The notes beneath the pieces are model-generated. The model searched no databases, was not told the DNA's origin, and saw nothing but the letters and a program-made list of their open reading frames with translations. A stretch of DNA of 64,000 bases from Octopus sinensis. Its lineage: Eukaryota. Each line of letters starts with the position of its first letter. The first letter of the stretch is position 1. Shown piece after piece: positions 61,854-64,000 of the stretch. A program made the position numbers and the translations under genes. The stretch covers positions 66,774,001-66,838,000 of the forward strand of contig NC_043000.1 in assembly GCF_006345805.1 (NCBI RefSeq), in the 5' to 3' direction.

Positions 61854-62439
61854 ACACACGCACATATATGCCTATTGCTTTGGCATCTATATTTTGGTCA
61901 GCAATTTTTAATTAAAGATCATTGATTTTATCTTTCCTTTTTATATACCTTTTATTTCTAAGCAGATGGTTCACTTTGTTCTATATTACTATATTGTAAT
62001 AAAAGTGTTAAAAATATAATTCTGTGTCTGTTTTTTAAGTTTTACTTCAAAGTGCCCTTATGGAATTAAAGGAGTGAGTATAGAAAAAGAACAATGAAAT
62101 GCATCCGCATAATTCTTCAAAGTTAATTTAATATAATTTAATATTCAGCTCTCAAAAGTTTAGGTGTTTGAGAAAGAAACATATCAGTTTACAAAATATC
62201 TAAAATATATTTGGAAAATGGCTGTTGAATTGTTATAAGTTACTGAGGGAGCTCAGTGTGGTTGCTCAGTCAGCTAGAAGTATAGCCATATGTTTCTCAT
62301 GTGATATCATAGTCTTAAAATAAAAGAGACTACACTAAATCAATGTAGAAAGTAAATAAATATTCATGAATATTGCACAGATGCGAAAACTTGACACACA
62401 ACACATCATACTTTTCTGGTAAGTGTTGTCCTTACTTGT

Positions 62440-62800
62440 AAGAGTTTCAGTTGAAAAGTGTACCAAACAAGGAGATACCATCTCTCCATAGCTCTTCACT
62501 GAATGTCTTGAAAGGTCATCAGGGATATTGATTGAAAAATTGACATCAGCTTCAACAATGAGCCACTAATACACCTCCATTGTGCAGATGACATTGTGCT
62601 TATCACAGAAATTGCAGATCATTAGCAGACCATGCTGACAGAGCTGGACATCCAGAGTTCAACAGTAGACCTCAAAATAAAGAGAATGAAAACAAAATAC
62701 ATATGGTCTGAAAATGTAACACAAGGACAAATAGTGGTAGGAAGGGATAAATTTGAAGAGGTGAAAGAATATGCCTACATGGGTCATCAAATAAATTATA
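62440..62800 (+). mobile_element. RTE-clade RT fragment
   Basis: LFTECLE..CADDIVLI..MLTEL..VDLKIKRMKTK..EEVKEYAYMG. Confidence 0.75.
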
Positions 62801-63119
62801 TGCAAAGGTACGTATGTATGTCTGTCTGTTAGTATGCATGTGTGTGTGCATGCGTGTGTGTGTACATGTGTACATACGAACATATTTACTTACATTCAAA
62901 TAGCACCCACGCACATACATACATGTATATTTAGGTCATGGACGACAGGTGCATTGAATGAAAGTCACACAAACAACTTTAATTTCATTTCTTTTTTCTT
63001 TGCCATTCAAGCATCACCTGAATAGTTATGGATGATTAAGCCTGTACAGCTACTGCTTTTAATACTAAACTTTAAAGCCTGTTCTTAATTTAATACAATA
63101 TATGTTCCTTTGAAAATGT

Positions 63120-63240
63120 TTGGCCTAGTGACTAAGGTGCTAGGGTTGCATCTGAAAGGTCATGGGTTCAATTCTAGGAGAAAGGCACTTCATTTCACAT
63201 TGCCTCAGTCTATTCAGGCAAGAATGAGTACCAGCTGACG
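63120..63240 (+). mobile_element. SINE head with V-like core, diverged
   Basis: TGGCCTAGTG A box, GGTTCAATTC B box, GGCACTTCATTTCACATTGC. Confidence 0.55.
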
Positions 63241-64000
63241 GCTAGTTCAGTTCTCTCTCTCTCTTTAGTTACTTACTTGATGTTCCACTGGGTCAAATGA
63301 AAGAGGGCTGAGAGAATGCTTATGTCTATTCATGACAACATAAGCACCTAAAGCAAAGAGTGAAAGCATAGTAAAAGCCACTAGGTTACATTCGGTTGCA
63401 AGTAACAGCTAAGTATAACTCCCTAGTCTCAGTGCCAAGATTGTCATCTGAGAAATGTAATGAGGTAGATTATACCATTTTTACAAATTTCGTTCTTTCT
63501 TCAAGGGAATCAATCATTTACTCATTTTGTATCTAAAATTCAGGAAGCAATTTTGATTTGCTGAAAGAATCTTGATGTTGGTCCCAATAAAGAAGCTTTC
63601 TGTTACATATAGGAGGTACATACAAGTAGCTTTGTTGTCTATAATACCAAAGGTTTGTTAAAAGCATTGAAATGTAAAAAGACTTTGACAGTCAACAGTA
63701 TTTTATAAAGGGGTGAAAAAAGAAAAAGATCCTTCTCTTTCAGCTCATCTCAAAAAGCTATGAAATTAATATTAGCAAAGATCTAATGTAATGAGCATAA
63801 CTGGCTTATTTGAAAGGATTTTGAAATTTTTTATACGCTTTGCGACCAGGTAATATGAAAAAGCAGTGGCTTTCTTATCTATAAGGGAGTGAGAGTAAGA
63901 CAGGTATATATTTGGGATGAGGTGTTAGAGAAATGTTTGGAGTCAGTGAGATGAATTCAAATAGAATATTATCTATGCATCTATGCAGTTGAGGGAGACC

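Overview
AT-rich, microsatellite-dense animal genomic DNA. The SINE and LINE families suggest an octopus or other coleoid cephalopod (inference from recalled families, not a database match). There is one host gene: an SLC16/MCT-family monocarboxylate transporter on the + strand with 5 coding exons (34363-34621, 42893-43036, 44982-45920, 54535-54660, 60595-60824). These give 1698 nt, or 565 aa plus stop, and the first intron uses a GC-AG donor. The rest is mostly transposon debris: a near-intact CR1 LINE, Tx1, RTE, Vingi/Ingi and R4/Dong-like LINEs, several Penelope-like elements (PLEs), a mariner, a Gypsy RNase H fragment and many tRNA-derived SINEs. The most notable hidden signal is about 18 type I hammerhead-ribozyme (HHR) motifs from several unrelated families, concentrated at 22.4-35.3 kb next to (TA)n tracts. 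They include a 486-bp, highly structured, ORF-less tandem unit with an intact HHR in each copy plus an inverted third copy (a retrozyme-like circRNA template). There are also several fold-back palindromes carrying an HHR on each strand. All RNA pairings were derived by eye, not by folding software. No CRISPR, rRNA or bona fide tRNA genes were found.
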